Part shown: positions 7,583-15,749 of the stretch, piece by piece
Layout of the letters: each line of letters starts with the position of its first letter
Position numbering within the stretch: position 1 is the first letter of the stretch
From: an uncultured virus (IMG/VR IMGVR_UViG_3300017782_006724)
Taxonomy: Duplodnaviria > Heunggongvirae > Uroviricota > Caudoviricetes
Length of the DNA: 20,000 bases
Reading direction: 5' to 3' (one strand)
IMG/VR virus record: IMGVR_UViG_3300017782_006724
The notes under the pieces: generated by a model
The model's input: only the letters and a program-made list of their open reading frames with translations
Told to the model about the DNA's origin: nothing
The model's database searches: none
Translations under genes and position numbers: made by a program

Positions 7583-8882
7583 TATATCACTAACACCTCC
7601 TTTATATAACGGCACTACCAATGATTATGGTGGTATTACAGGGTTAACTTTAGTAAGATCAGAAACAACTAATCCAGTCACTACTCAAACAGGTACAAAT
7701 TTTAGTGCTGCATTTAATATGGCAGCAAATACTGGACCACAACTTATTGGTAACCCTAGTATGACTCAATCAGGGTATGATATAGGATTATCTGGAACAG
7801 GTAATACTGCTGGTACAGGCATTTATGGATGTGTATCCGCCTGTTTAACCCAAATGGGAGCCACAAATGTATCCGTAGGTTCAAATGCATTTACTACTTT
7901 CAGAACGACAGCAACCTATACTTCTAATCCTGGAACAACTTTAACTTTTTCGGTACCCATTTATGTTCAAAATTTTGGGCCTGATGTCTACGGTGCTTCA
8001 AATGTTGCTGTTGCTTACGTATCAGCTGTAAATACAACAACGCAGGTAACAACCACTGTATACACGTTTACAAATAATACTGGTGATATAGTAACAATTG
8101 AAGGTACAACTATTGCAAATGGTGCTTCTAGTGCCGTTACTCCTGTCGGACAGTTTGATATAACATATGTCATACAGGAAGAACCAGAGGAGGAAACAGA
8201 GGAAGAAACAGAAGAGGAAACCACAACAGCCGTTGTCGCTGCTGTTGTTGTAAAACCTGTTATACCTTCTGTTTACGTTTATGGAACAGGTGCTACAGGA
8301 TTTGGAACCGGTTTAACAGGTTATTTTTATCCGCTTTATACAGATATTAATGCCTCAGCATTATCAGCTGGATATCATGTTCACACCTTTACTGAATATG
8401 TAGGATATACATTTTATATGCCAAATGGCGCTATGAATCATGCTATTTCATCTCGTCCTACGGCTATAAATAAATTTATTACAGGTATTGCTGAATTAGA
8501 TAATTTAGAACCTATAATTGGAAATCCAGATTATGCAACACTATTGCCACAAATTGAGGCAGAAACAGATCCCGTAAAAAAACAAGCATTAATAGAGCAA
8601 TGTTATCAATTTATAGTTCCACTTTCTCAAGCTGAAGAGGAACTTTTTGCCCATATAAATAATGATTATGTAGAGGATAATCCAAATTCTACTGATGGAA
8701 CACCGGCTACATTTATAAGTCATGTTGGTGTTTATTATGATGAAATTGGTAGAACAACTGGTACACCTGAAGCACAACAATTAGCCGTTGTTGTTGCAGA
8801 AATAGATGAAACTGTTATTGCAACAGGTTTAATTGCTGAATATGGAATAGGAGAATATGGTGTTAATGAATATGGTGGATAA
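7575..8882 (+). CDS. Multi-domain putative virion protein/adaptor (435 aa)
   Basis: The ORF track starts at 7503, but the likely start is ATG 7575 overlapping the PAAR stop (ATGGCTAA). It has a Thr/Gly/Asn-rich N-terminal domain, an acidic linker, a His-containing module, a helical NPDYATLL domain and a terminal (xEYG)3 repeat. Confidence 0.6.
   Translation: MANISLTPPLYNGTTNDYGGITGLTLVRSETTNPVTTQTGTNFSAAFNMAANTGPQLIGNPSMTQSGYDIGLSGTGNTAGTGIYGCVSACLTQMGATNVSVGSNAFTTFRTTATYTSNPGTTLTFSVPIYVQNFGPDVYGASNVAVAYVSAVNTTTQVTTTVYTFTNNTGDIVTIEGTTIANGASSAVTPVGQFDITYVIQEEPEEETEEETEEETTTAVVAAVVVKPVIPSVYVYGTGATGFGTGLTGYFYPLYTDINASALSAGYHVHTFTEYVGYTFYMPNGAMNHAISSRPTAINKFITGIAELDNLEPIIGNPDYATLLPQIEAETDPVKKQALIEQCYQFIVPLSQAEEELFAHINNDYVEDNPNSTDGTPATFISHVGVYYDEIGRTTGTPEAQQLAVVVAEIDETVIATGLIAEYGIGEYGVNEYGG
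8175..8222 (+). repeat. 12-bp tandem repeat x4 encoding QEEP-EEET-EEET-EEET
   Basis: CAGGAAGAACCA GAGGAGGAAACA GAGGAAGAAACA GAAGAGGAAACC. Confidence 0.85.
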
Positions 8883-8887
8883 TAATT

Positions 8888-9337
8888 ATGGCGTATAATA
8901 AAACAACAGATTTTGCTGCAAAAGATGCCTTGCCTGCTGGAGATACTAATAAAATAGTCAGAGGTTCGGAAATTAATGCCGAATTTGTTAATATTCAATC
9001 TGCTTTTTCTTCTGTGAATTCCGAACTTAGTAGTTTGTCAAGTGTGGCAACTTCCGGAGCATATTCTGATTTAAGTGGCACACCAACAATACCATCGGCT
9101 CAATCTACAGCTTATTCTGCTGTTGGAACCTATATACAGGGGTATCATTATATAGGTGCAGTTCCCGCTGCTGGTGGTACATTTCCTGGTTCTAGTTTAA
9201 GATCCTCTACTGCAGCAGGAACTCGGTGGTCAGCAGCTGCTGGAGCTGCGTTACCTGGAACATGGAGACTTATGGGTGAGATATATAAAGGCGGTTCCAC
9301 TGCTGAAGCTACAGCTGTTTGGGTCAGAATATCATAA
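8888..9337 (+). CDS. Short tail-fibre-like protein
   Basis: Contains the fibre motif VATSGAYSDLSGTPTIP and a C-terminal AVGTY...GTWRLMG...VWVRIS tip; followed by a fibre assembly chaperone. Confidence 0.65.
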   Translation: MAYNKTTDFAAKDALPAGDTNKIVRGSEINAEFVNIQSAFSSVNSELSSLSSVATSGAYSDLSGTPTIPSAQSTAYSAVGTYIQGYHYIGAVPAAGGTFPGSSLRSSTAAGTRWSAAAGAALPGTWRLMGEIYKGGSTAEATAVWVRIS

Positions 9338-9346
9338 AGGATTAAT

Positions 9347-9754
9347 ATGTCTATACCAATTACAAATATAAGAAATGTAGTATCACAAAATGATGATGAT
9401 ACAGAGTTTGATTTAGAGATTGAGCATCCTGTTTATGGATGGATACCTTACTCATTAAGATCTAACGATACGGATACTACCATAAATAATGATGAACTTT
9501 TAGATCTGGCATTATTACAATTTACAAGGATTACTCAGGAAGAAAAAGATGCTAGACAATCCGCTCTAGTTCGTGCACAAAGAGATATACTTCTTGAAAC
9601 ACAGGTAGATCCAATTGTAACTAATCCTTTACGTTGGGCAGAATTAACAACCGAACAACAAAATGCTTGGACTCAATATAGAACAAACTTACTTAATATT
9701 CCAGAACAAGAAGGTTTTCCAAATACGGTAACCTTTCCAACAAAACCAGAATAG
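9347..9754 (+). CDS. Tail fibre assembly chaperone (Phage_tail_APC/Tfa-like)
   Basis: EIEHPVYGWIPY; VRAQRDILL...W..LTTEQQNAWTQYRTNLLNIPEQEGFPNTVTFPTKP. Confidence 0.8.
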   Translation: MSIPITNIRNVVSQNDDDTEFDLEIEHPVYGWIPYSLRSNDTDTTINNDELLDLALLQFTRITQEEKDARQSALVRAQRDILLETQVDPIVTNPLRWAELTTEQQNAWTQYRTNLLNIPEQEGFPNTVTFPTKPE

Positions 9755-9763
9755 GCACGGGGT

Positions 9764-9994
9764 ATGGCAAAACAAAGAATAACAAAAGGATCTGCTTTAA
9801 CATATGATGAATTAGACGAAGCAGCGACACAATTGGATTTAATACATAATACTATGTTTTTTAGTAGTAGTAAAACAATTGATAAAGATTTAACTATCCC
9901 AACTGATAGGAATTATATGAGTGTTGGGCCCATTACAATTGCCGAAGGCAAAACTGTTACAGTACCTGATAATGCAGATTGGACTATAGTATGA
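9764..9994 (+). CDS. Small putative virion/fibre-associated protein (76 aa)
   Basis: TKGSALTYDELD N-terminus; TIPTDRNYMSVGPITIAEGKTVTVPDNADWTIV C-terminus, a motif I recognise from marine phage fibre proteins; its stop overlaps the next ATG (ATGA). Confidence 0.6.
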   Translation: MAKQRITKGSALTYDELDEAATQLDLIHNTMFFSSSKTIDKDLTIPTDRNYMSVGPITIAEGKTVTVPDNADWTIV

Positions 9995-10503
9995 GTACAT
10001 TAAAAGTTGACGCTATAACATCATCTGAAGGTATTGTGATAACAACCGGTGGAGACAATGGAGTTACATTCAATGAAAAATTAAATGTATCAGAATTAAA
10101 TGTTACCACTTCAGATGGAAGTTTCATACTTAAAGGTAATGATGGTGGTTCTATTATAACTGCTCTTACTGTTAATATGGCTGCGGCTGGTGCGGCAACA
10201 TTTAATAATGATGTAACTGCTTTCTCTGATAAAAGACTTAAAACAGATATTTCTAATATAGAAAATGGTCTTGACAAAGTAATGCAAATGCAAGGTGTGC
10301 AATATAAAAGAAACGATGTGGAAAATGCACAACAACAAATAGGTGTATTAGCACAAGATATGGAAGCTATTTTACCAGAAGTTGTTCTTACTGCAGATGA
10401 TGAAATGCAAACCAAATCAGTAGATTATGGTAAAATAACGGCAGTATTGATTGAGGCTATAAAAGAATTAAAAGCTGAAATAGACGAGCTTAAAAGGAAA
10501 TAA
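9991..10503 (+). CDS. Mini tail fibre with C-terminal Peptidase_S74 intramolecular chaperone
   Basis: Likely start is ATG 9991 (MSTLKVDAI). FSDKRLKTDI...IGVLAQDMEAILPEVV...SVDYGKITAVLIEAIKEL is the S74 signature. Confidence 0.85.
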   Translation: MSTLKVDAITSSEGIVITTGGDNGVTFNEKLNVSELNVTTSDGSFILKGNDGGSIITALTVNMAAAGAATFNNDVTAFSDKRLKTDISNIENGLDKVMQMQGVQYKRNDVENAQQQIGVLAQDMEAILPEVVLTADDEMQTKSVDYGKITAVLIEAIKELKAEIDELKRK

Positions 10504-10506
10504 TTA

Positions 10507-11352
10507 ATGGCACTTCCACTTAGAGGTTTTCCAAATTATACAATTAGTTTATCCGAAATACAGGCCGAGTTTGGTGGTTCTAATCCTATATCCCTTAGTG
10601 AATACTATGGAAATGGTGAAGCTCCAAATTCTGGTGCAATTTCAATGGGTGCATTTTATGAGGATTATGTTCCTCCGCCATCTCCTGTAACATATACATC
10701 GGCTGGTACAACTGCCTTAACTATTGCAAGTCAGGTTCGAGCCGTTGGTGTTCAAATCGTTGGTGCTGGTGGAGGTGGAGCAGCAGGAGGTGGTATGTTT
10801 AACTTTGCTGGTGCTGGTGGAGGTGCTGGTGGTAACATCATTGCATATTATAATGTTAACGGTGGAGAAACTTTAACTGCTATTCGTGGCTCAGGAGGCG
10901 GTGGAGGTATGAATAGTGGACAGCAAGGTGGATTTGGTGCTCAATCCGGGTCAGCAGGTTCAAGTAGCTATGTTCGAGTTGGAAGTACAACTATAGCCAC
11001 TGGTAATGGTGGTTCTGGTGGAACAATCGCGCAAAGTACTGGTGTTGGAGGTGCTGGCGGAAGTACAAGTAACAATGCCAGTGCTTATAACGTAACTGGA
11101 AATACAGGTAATAGTGGTACTAATGGTGCCGCTAGTATGAGTACAATGGTAGGTGGTCCTGGTGGCTCATCACCAGTTGGCTCAGGAGGTTCAGGTGGTA
11201 CAAATGCCAATGGAGGAGCTGGTGGAAATGGTGCTGGTGGAGGTGGAGCAGGCTCCAATATGGGTTATCAATATGGTGGTGCTGGTGGTTCAGGATATGC
11301 CAAAGTTACTTTTTATACTTCACCTTATCCCGACCCAAATCTTAGTTTTTAG
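10507..11352 (+). CDS. Glycine-rich adhesin-like virion protein (gp38 analogue)
   Basis: N-terminal ISLSEIQAEFGGSNPISLSEYY; VGAGGGG...GGGAGG...GGAGGSGYAKV Gly-rich domain; immediately follows the S74 fibre. Confidence 0.65.
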   Translation: MALPLRGFPNYTISLSEIQAEFGGSNPISLSEYYGNGEAPNSGAISMGAFYEDYVPPPSPVTYTSAGTTALTIASQVRAVGVQIVGAGGGGAAGGGMFNFAGAGGGAGGNIIAYYNVNGGETLTAIRGSGGGGGMNSGQQGGFGAQSGSAGSSSYVRVGSTTIATGNGGSGGTIAQSTGVGGAGGSTSNNASAYNVTGNTGNSGTNGAASMSTMVGGPGGSSPVGSGGSGGTNANGGAGGNGAGGGGAGSNMGYQYGGAGGSGYAKVTFYTSPYPDPNLSF

Positions 11353-11360
11353 GTAAATAT

Positions 11361-12071
11361 ATGAACAATTTAATAAACAACATTCAATCTGAATCTTCTA
11401 TAAATAGGACCATGGAACCTCCTCAACAAAATTGGGAAATAAAAGTTTTAAAGGAAGGCAAAACACCCTTTGTAGTTTTTGATAATTGGTATACATCTAA
11501 TGAAGAAAAAAATATTTGGAAAGAATTAGATTGGTATTCATCCCAGGAAAATGTAGAAAGAGCAGAGAATACTTATGTTGCATCATATGATAATGGTAAA
11601 CCTAAGGCTAAAGCATCTCGTTTTCATATAGAAGAATTTTATACACAAAAAGGTAGGCAAAGAAGTCATGTTTATAACTATATGTATAAACAAAGAACGC
11701 AGGATTTTCACAATATTATAGGAGAAATAAAACCATATTGTCGTAGCTTTTTTTCCACAAATGCTGATAGTACATTGATTTCATATTACGAAGATAATGA
11801 ATTCTATGATGCACATTACGATAATTATGCATGGACTATGCTTATATGGTTTGTAAGAGAGCCAAGATTATTTGATGGTGGTAATTTTGAATTTACTGAC
11901 TCTGGGAATAAAGTAGAATTAAAACACAATAGGGCATTGTTTTTTCCTTCTATGTTTGAACATAGGGTAACTCCAGTTAAGATGCATACAGAACCAAAAG
12001 AAGTGGGTTATGGTAGATATACAATAACACATTTTTATATTTCTATGCCACAAGGTAATATTGGATGTTAA
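11361..12071 (+). CDS. 2OG-Fe(II) oxygenase (prolyl-hydroxylase-like)
   Basis: YY....FYDAHYD (HxD), FDGGNFEF, FFPSMFEHRVTPV (distal His), GRYTIT (2OG-binding Arg). The start may be 11412. Confidence 0.9.
   Translation: MNNLINNIQSESSINRTMEPPQQNWEIKVLKEGKTPFVVFDNWYTSNEEKNIWKELDWYSSQENVERAENTYVASYDNGKPKAKASRFHIEEFYTQKGRQRSHVYNYMYKQRTQDFHNIIGEIKPYCRSFFSTNADSTLISYYEDNEFYDAHYDNYAWTMLIWFVREPRLFDGGNFEFTDSGNKVELKHNRALFFPSMFEHRVTPVKMHTEPKEVGYGRYTITHFYISMPQGNIGC
11399..11406 (+). promoter_or_regulatory. Late promoter TATAAATA 5 nt before in-frame ATG 11412
   Basis: tcttcTATAAATAggaccATGgaa. Confidence 0.5.
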
Positions 12072-12090
12072 AAATAAAAAGAGGTAAAAT

Positions 12091-12723
12091 ATGGCAAGTA
12101 ATTTAACGGTTGACACGATTCGAAATAGTTCAGGTACTGCAATATTAATGGAAAATGGAGTTCGTAAATATGCTCCTGGTCAAGTTGTTCAGCAATTTTA
12201 TTATCGATATGATGGTGTAGAAAGTTTTACAACAAGCACTGGTTGGTCAGCTAGAGCATCTGATGCTGATTTTGGTCGGGCGGTTCATGTCACTCCCTTC
12301 AATACCTCAATAACTCCCACGTTTGCAAATAGTTTAATTGTATGGGAATTACAAATATATGGCGAACCAACTAATCATAATTCGGGTTGGATAATAGGCG
12401 AGCGAAATACTGTACTTGATCAAAATCAAGTTATCAATAGGTCAGGATACGAAGGATATAATAACACCAGAACCATTGACCAACAAAATACTTTTGTATC
12501 AGATCACTATGATGGAGACAACAATTCCACCAATAGATTAACAAGAATTATGTATTTTGATGCCCCTGGATCCACAGAACTTAAAACATATATTATGTTC
12601 TTTACTAGTACTGCAAATAACACCAATTACACATATAGAATTAACAGAACGTCGGGTGGGTTGGGAGTAGATGGTTATGAGATTGGTGTAAGTACTTGGT
12701 GTATTAAGGAGATTGCACAATGA
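12091..12723 (+). CDS. Putative virion accessory/receptor-binding protein
   Basis: MASNLTVDTIRNSSG N-terminus; PGQVVQ, SITPTFANSLI, YFDAPGST...Y, C-terminal IKEIAQ, resembling a common marine phage small structural protein family; GAGG SD. Confidence 0.6.
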   Translation: MASNLTVDTIRNSSGTAILMENGVRKYAPGQVVQQFYYRYDGVESFTTSTGWSARASDADFGRAVHVTPFNTSITPTFANSLIVWELQIYGEPTNHNSGWIIGERNTVLDQNQVINRSGYEGYNNTRTIDQQNTFVSDHYDGDNNSTNRLTRIMYFDAPGSTELKTYIMFFTSTANNTNYTYRINRTSGGLGVDGYEIGVSTWCIKEIAQ

Positions 12724-13361
12724 CTAGTATTTTAAAAGTAGATAAAATTATTCCATCCTCAGGAACCCGAGTACAATTTGGAACACAGGTACAGTTTTCT
12801 AATGGAGATGTTGGTGGTACTCAGTATGTTTTAGGTAAAGTTATTGCTGAATCAGATACTGCAAACTGGACACATAATTCAAATACTACATGGAAAGAAT
12901 GGCCTACTGCTGGTTTTACCAATCACACCGGTTTTACTGGTGGCAGTACCTTACATATAGAATATTGGATTCCTATCCGAAATGGTAATACTTCATGGGG
13001 TGGTGCTTATATTGATACAAATATCACATTTGATAATGGTGTATCATGGAGAAGCTTAGGTAATCCTGGTATGGATGGTGGTGTCATGGCGGACGACGCA
13101 AGCATGATACATGGGCAAAATATTACAATGTTGGTCACTAATACACCATCAACAGATTATTCTGTAAAACTTAGAATGATGGTTAAAGCATATACCGGCA
13201 GTACTGCTTTTTATATAAATCAATCACATGATATTAATAGAACCGCCACGGCAGGATTTTGTCCTGCAGGTACAGATGGTGTTGCTGATACAAGAGCATC
13301 AGGATTAGATAGTACTCAAGTTTACGGATCGTACAGAATTTATGAGTATATTCCAAGTTAA
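12720..13361 (+). CDS. Putative virion accessory/receptor-binding protein
   Basis: MTSILKVDKIIPSSG N-terminus similar to those at 9991 and 12091; Trp/Gly/Thr-rich, probably beta-rich; ATGA overlap with the upstream gene. Confidence 0.6.
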   Translation: MTSILKVDKIIPSSGTRVQFGTQVQFSNGDVGGTQYVLGKVIAESDTANWTHNSNTTWKEWPTAGFTNHTGFTGGSTLHIEYWIPIRNGNTSWGGAYIDTNITFDNGVSWRSLGNPGMDGGVMADDASMIHGQNITMLVTNTPSTDYSVKLRMMVKAYTGSTAFYINQSHDINRTATAGFCPAGTDGVADTRASGLDSTQVYGSYRIYEYIPS

Positions 13362-13378
13362 TTATTGCGTAAAAAGAT

Positions 13379-13386
13379 TATAAATA
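13379..13386 (+). promoter_or_regulatory. T4-type late promoter TATAAATA upstream of gp25
   Basis: Exact consensus in the intergenic gap, 18 nt before the ATG. Confidence 0.85.
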
Positions 13387-13404
13387 AAACAAAAAGGTTT
13401 TCAA

Positions 13405-13890
13405 ATGGCTAGAGTATTTTCGCAAGAGGATGGTAATTTAGATACACGAAGTATTATTACTTCTCGTAATGCATCTTATAGCGACATAGATCTCACATTT
13501 CAAAATAAACCTGGAGCAAGTTCAACTACTATTCTTGGTCAATTTGTGTCTATAAGAAGAACAGACATTTTTAAAAAAACTGATGCAGCTGCCGTAAGAC
13601 AATCAGTTAAAAATTTATTAATGACTAATTCCACAGAAAAACCATTTGACCCATATTTTGGTGGGGATTTAAATTCGTTTTTATTTTCACTTTCTGAAGA
13701 ATTTGATGAAATAGAAATACAAGAAACAATAGCACATGCAATAACAAATTTTGAACCAAGAGCAATTGTGCGAGGTGTTGATGTAAAACTGTCTCCTGAT
13801 TACAATTCAGTTTACGTTACGGTTAAGTTTCAAGTCGTAAATACAGGACAACAAGAAGAAATCACGGTATCACTTACAAGGTTAAGATAA
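13405..13890 (+). CDS. gp25: Baseplate wedge subunit/sheath initiator
   Basis: YSDIDLTF...DAAAVRQSVKNLLMTN..EKPFDPYFGGDL...LF...ITNFEPRA...LTRLR. Confidence 0.93.
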   Translation: MARVFSQEDGNLDTRSIITSRNASYSDIDLTFQNKPGASSTTILGQFVSIRRTDIFKKTDAAAVRQSVKNLLMTNSTEKPFDPYFGGDLNSFLFSLSEEFDEIEIQETIAHAITNFEPRAIVRGVDVKLSPDYNSVYVTVKFQVVNTGQQEEITVSLTRLR

Positions 13891-15749
13891 TGACTATTAT
13901 TCAATCAACAGAATTAGATTTTACAAATATAAAGGAAAGTTTAAAAACATACCTTCAAAGACAAACAGAATTTCAAGATTATAATTTTGAAGCAAGTGGT
14001 CTTTCTAATATCCTGGATGTACTGGCATACAATACTCATATAAATGGTTTAATTGCAAATTTTGGATTAAATGAGTCATTTTTAGGTTCGGCACAATTAA
14101 GATCATCGGTTGTATCACATGCCGAAACATTAGGTTACTATCCAAGATCAAAAACGGCCTCTAATGCAACTGTTAAATTGCAAATTAATGGTACTGGCGA
14201 TACCACAACCTCATCATTAGATTTAGAAAAAGGTACTACATTTACAACATCGGTTAATGAAGTAAGCTACACATTTCAGACAACAGAAAAGGTTATTGCC
14301 TTAAATGACGGTTCAGGTAATTTTACATTTACAACCTCTGAAGGTAGTGATAATATTACCATCAAGGAAGGGACTGAAAAAACAAAAACATTTTTGGTAG
14401 GAGATGCTGGTGATGATCAGGTTTATGTAATACCAGATGAAACAATGGATACATCAACAATTACAATAGAGGTTTTTGATTCGCCTACCTCTACTTCAGG
14501 AACTTCATATACTGATATAAACAATCAGGTTAGAATCAATGACGATTCAACAATTTTCATAGTTAGGGAGGTTCCAAATGGCTATTACGAAATTACATTT
14601 AGTGATGGTAATGTTTTAGGAAAATCACCTGTTGCTGGTAACAGAATTGTAATTACATATTTAAGTGTTGTGGGTGCAGAAGCAAATACTGCTAGTCTTT
14701 TTACGGCAGTAAACCCTGTTAGTGTTGGTGGTTCAAGCAGAACTTTAACTACAACAACCTTAGCAACTTCTGCTTCTGGTGCCGAAAAGGAATCTATTTC
14801 ATCAATAAAAACAAACGCTCCTGTTGCATTTGCTACACAACAGAGATTGGTTACTGCCGAGGATTATAAGGCCTTAATTAATCAAAGATATTCCTCAATT
14901 ATTGAGGACGTTATTGCCTGGGGCGGGAATGATAATGTGCCACCTATTTACGGTAGAGTTTATTTGGGATTAAAATATAAAGATGGCACTACTGAAGATG
15001 TAAAAAGTGCAACGCAAGCTTCAATTTCCTCAGAATTATCAGACAATCTTGGTATTATGTCAATTGATACAATTTTTACCGAACCAGAGGAAACATTTTT
15101 AGAGGTTATATTATCATTTAATTTTGATCCAGATTTAACCGGTACAACATTGCAAACAACTCAAACAACGATCGAAAATACAATAAAACAATATTTTACT
15201 GATAATTTAAATGCATTTGGTAAAATATTTAGATCCTCAGCATTATTAACAATAATTGATGCACTATCACCGGCAATTTTAAATTCATCATTGGAAACAA
15301 AAATACAACAAAGACTGGAAGTGAATAGTATAACACCAGCTAATGGGTTACAATTAAATGTTCAAAGGGATTATTCAATAAATTTTCCTGTTGCATTAGC
15401 AACACCCGACGACATTAATCATACTGTTTCATCTACACCTTTTACTGTTGGTGGTACATCTGTATTTCTCAGAAATTTATTGGAATCAACAAAATTACAA
15501 TTAATAAGCAGTAACGATGGTAGTGTGTTTATAGATAATGTTGGTTCATATAATACCTCAACTGGTGTTATAACAATCAGTGGACAAAATATTACGGCAA
15601 TAAACGGTGATGCAATAAAAATAACTGCTACTCCGAAAGATCCAAATACCATTAAACCACTCAGAAATTATATTTTAAAAAATGATACTGTTAGATCAAG
15701 AGCTTCCGGAACATTTGATTTTCAGAATACAGCGGTAACAATTAGCTAA
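13890..15749 (+). CDS. gp6: Baseplate wedge subunit
   Basis: LDFTNIKESLKTYL..QTEFQDYNFEASGLSNILDVLAYNTH; ESFLGSAQLRSSVVSHA..LGY.PRS; QQRLVTAEDY; WGGNDNVPPIYGRV. Confidence 0.95.
   Translation: MTIIQSTELDFTNIKESLKTYLQRQTEFQDYNFEASGLSNILDVLAYNTHINGLIANFGLNESFLGSAQLRSSVVSHAETLGYYPRSKTASNATVKLQINGTGDTTTSSLDLEKGTTFTTSVNEVSYTFQTTEKVIALNDGSGNFTFTTSEGSDNITIKEGTEKTKTFLVGDAGDDQVYVIPDETMDTSTITIEVFDSPTSTSGTSYTDINNQVRINDDSTIFIVREVPNGYYEITFSDGNVLGKSPVAGNRIVITYLSVVGAEANTASLFTAVNPVSVGGSSRTLTTTTLATSASGAEKESISSIKTNAPVAFATQQRLVTAEDYKALINQRYSSIIEDVIAWGGNDNVPPIYGRVYLGLKYKDGTTEDVKSATQASISSELSDNLGIMSIDTIFTEPEETFLEVILSFNFDPDLTGTTLQTTQTTIENTIKQYFTDNLNAFGKIFRSSALLTIIDALSPAILNSSLETKIQQRLEVNSITPANGLQLNVQRDYSINFPVALATPDDINHTVSSTPFTVGGTSVFLRNLLESTKLQLISSNDGSVFIDNVGSYNTSTGVITISGQNITAINGDAIKITATPKDPNTIKPLRNYILKNDTVRSRASGTFDFQNTAVTIS

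Noticed and set aside
8465..8661. Intragenic TATAAATA at 8465-8472 and 8654-8661
   Set aside because: Both lie inside a CDS with no nearby start codon. In DNA this AT-rich a few chance matches per 20 kb are expected, so they are not called, although they could drive downstream genes.
10760..11295. GGTGGT/GGAGGT-rich repeats as a CRISPR array or collagen
   Set aside because: These are glycine codons in a coding region, with no repeat-spacer structure and no sustained Gly-X-Y periodicity.
8888..13361. Diversity-generating retroelement or invertase-type variation of fibre tips
   Set aside because: No reverse transcriptase or recombinase gene, and I saw no template/variable repeat pair or inverted repeats by eye.
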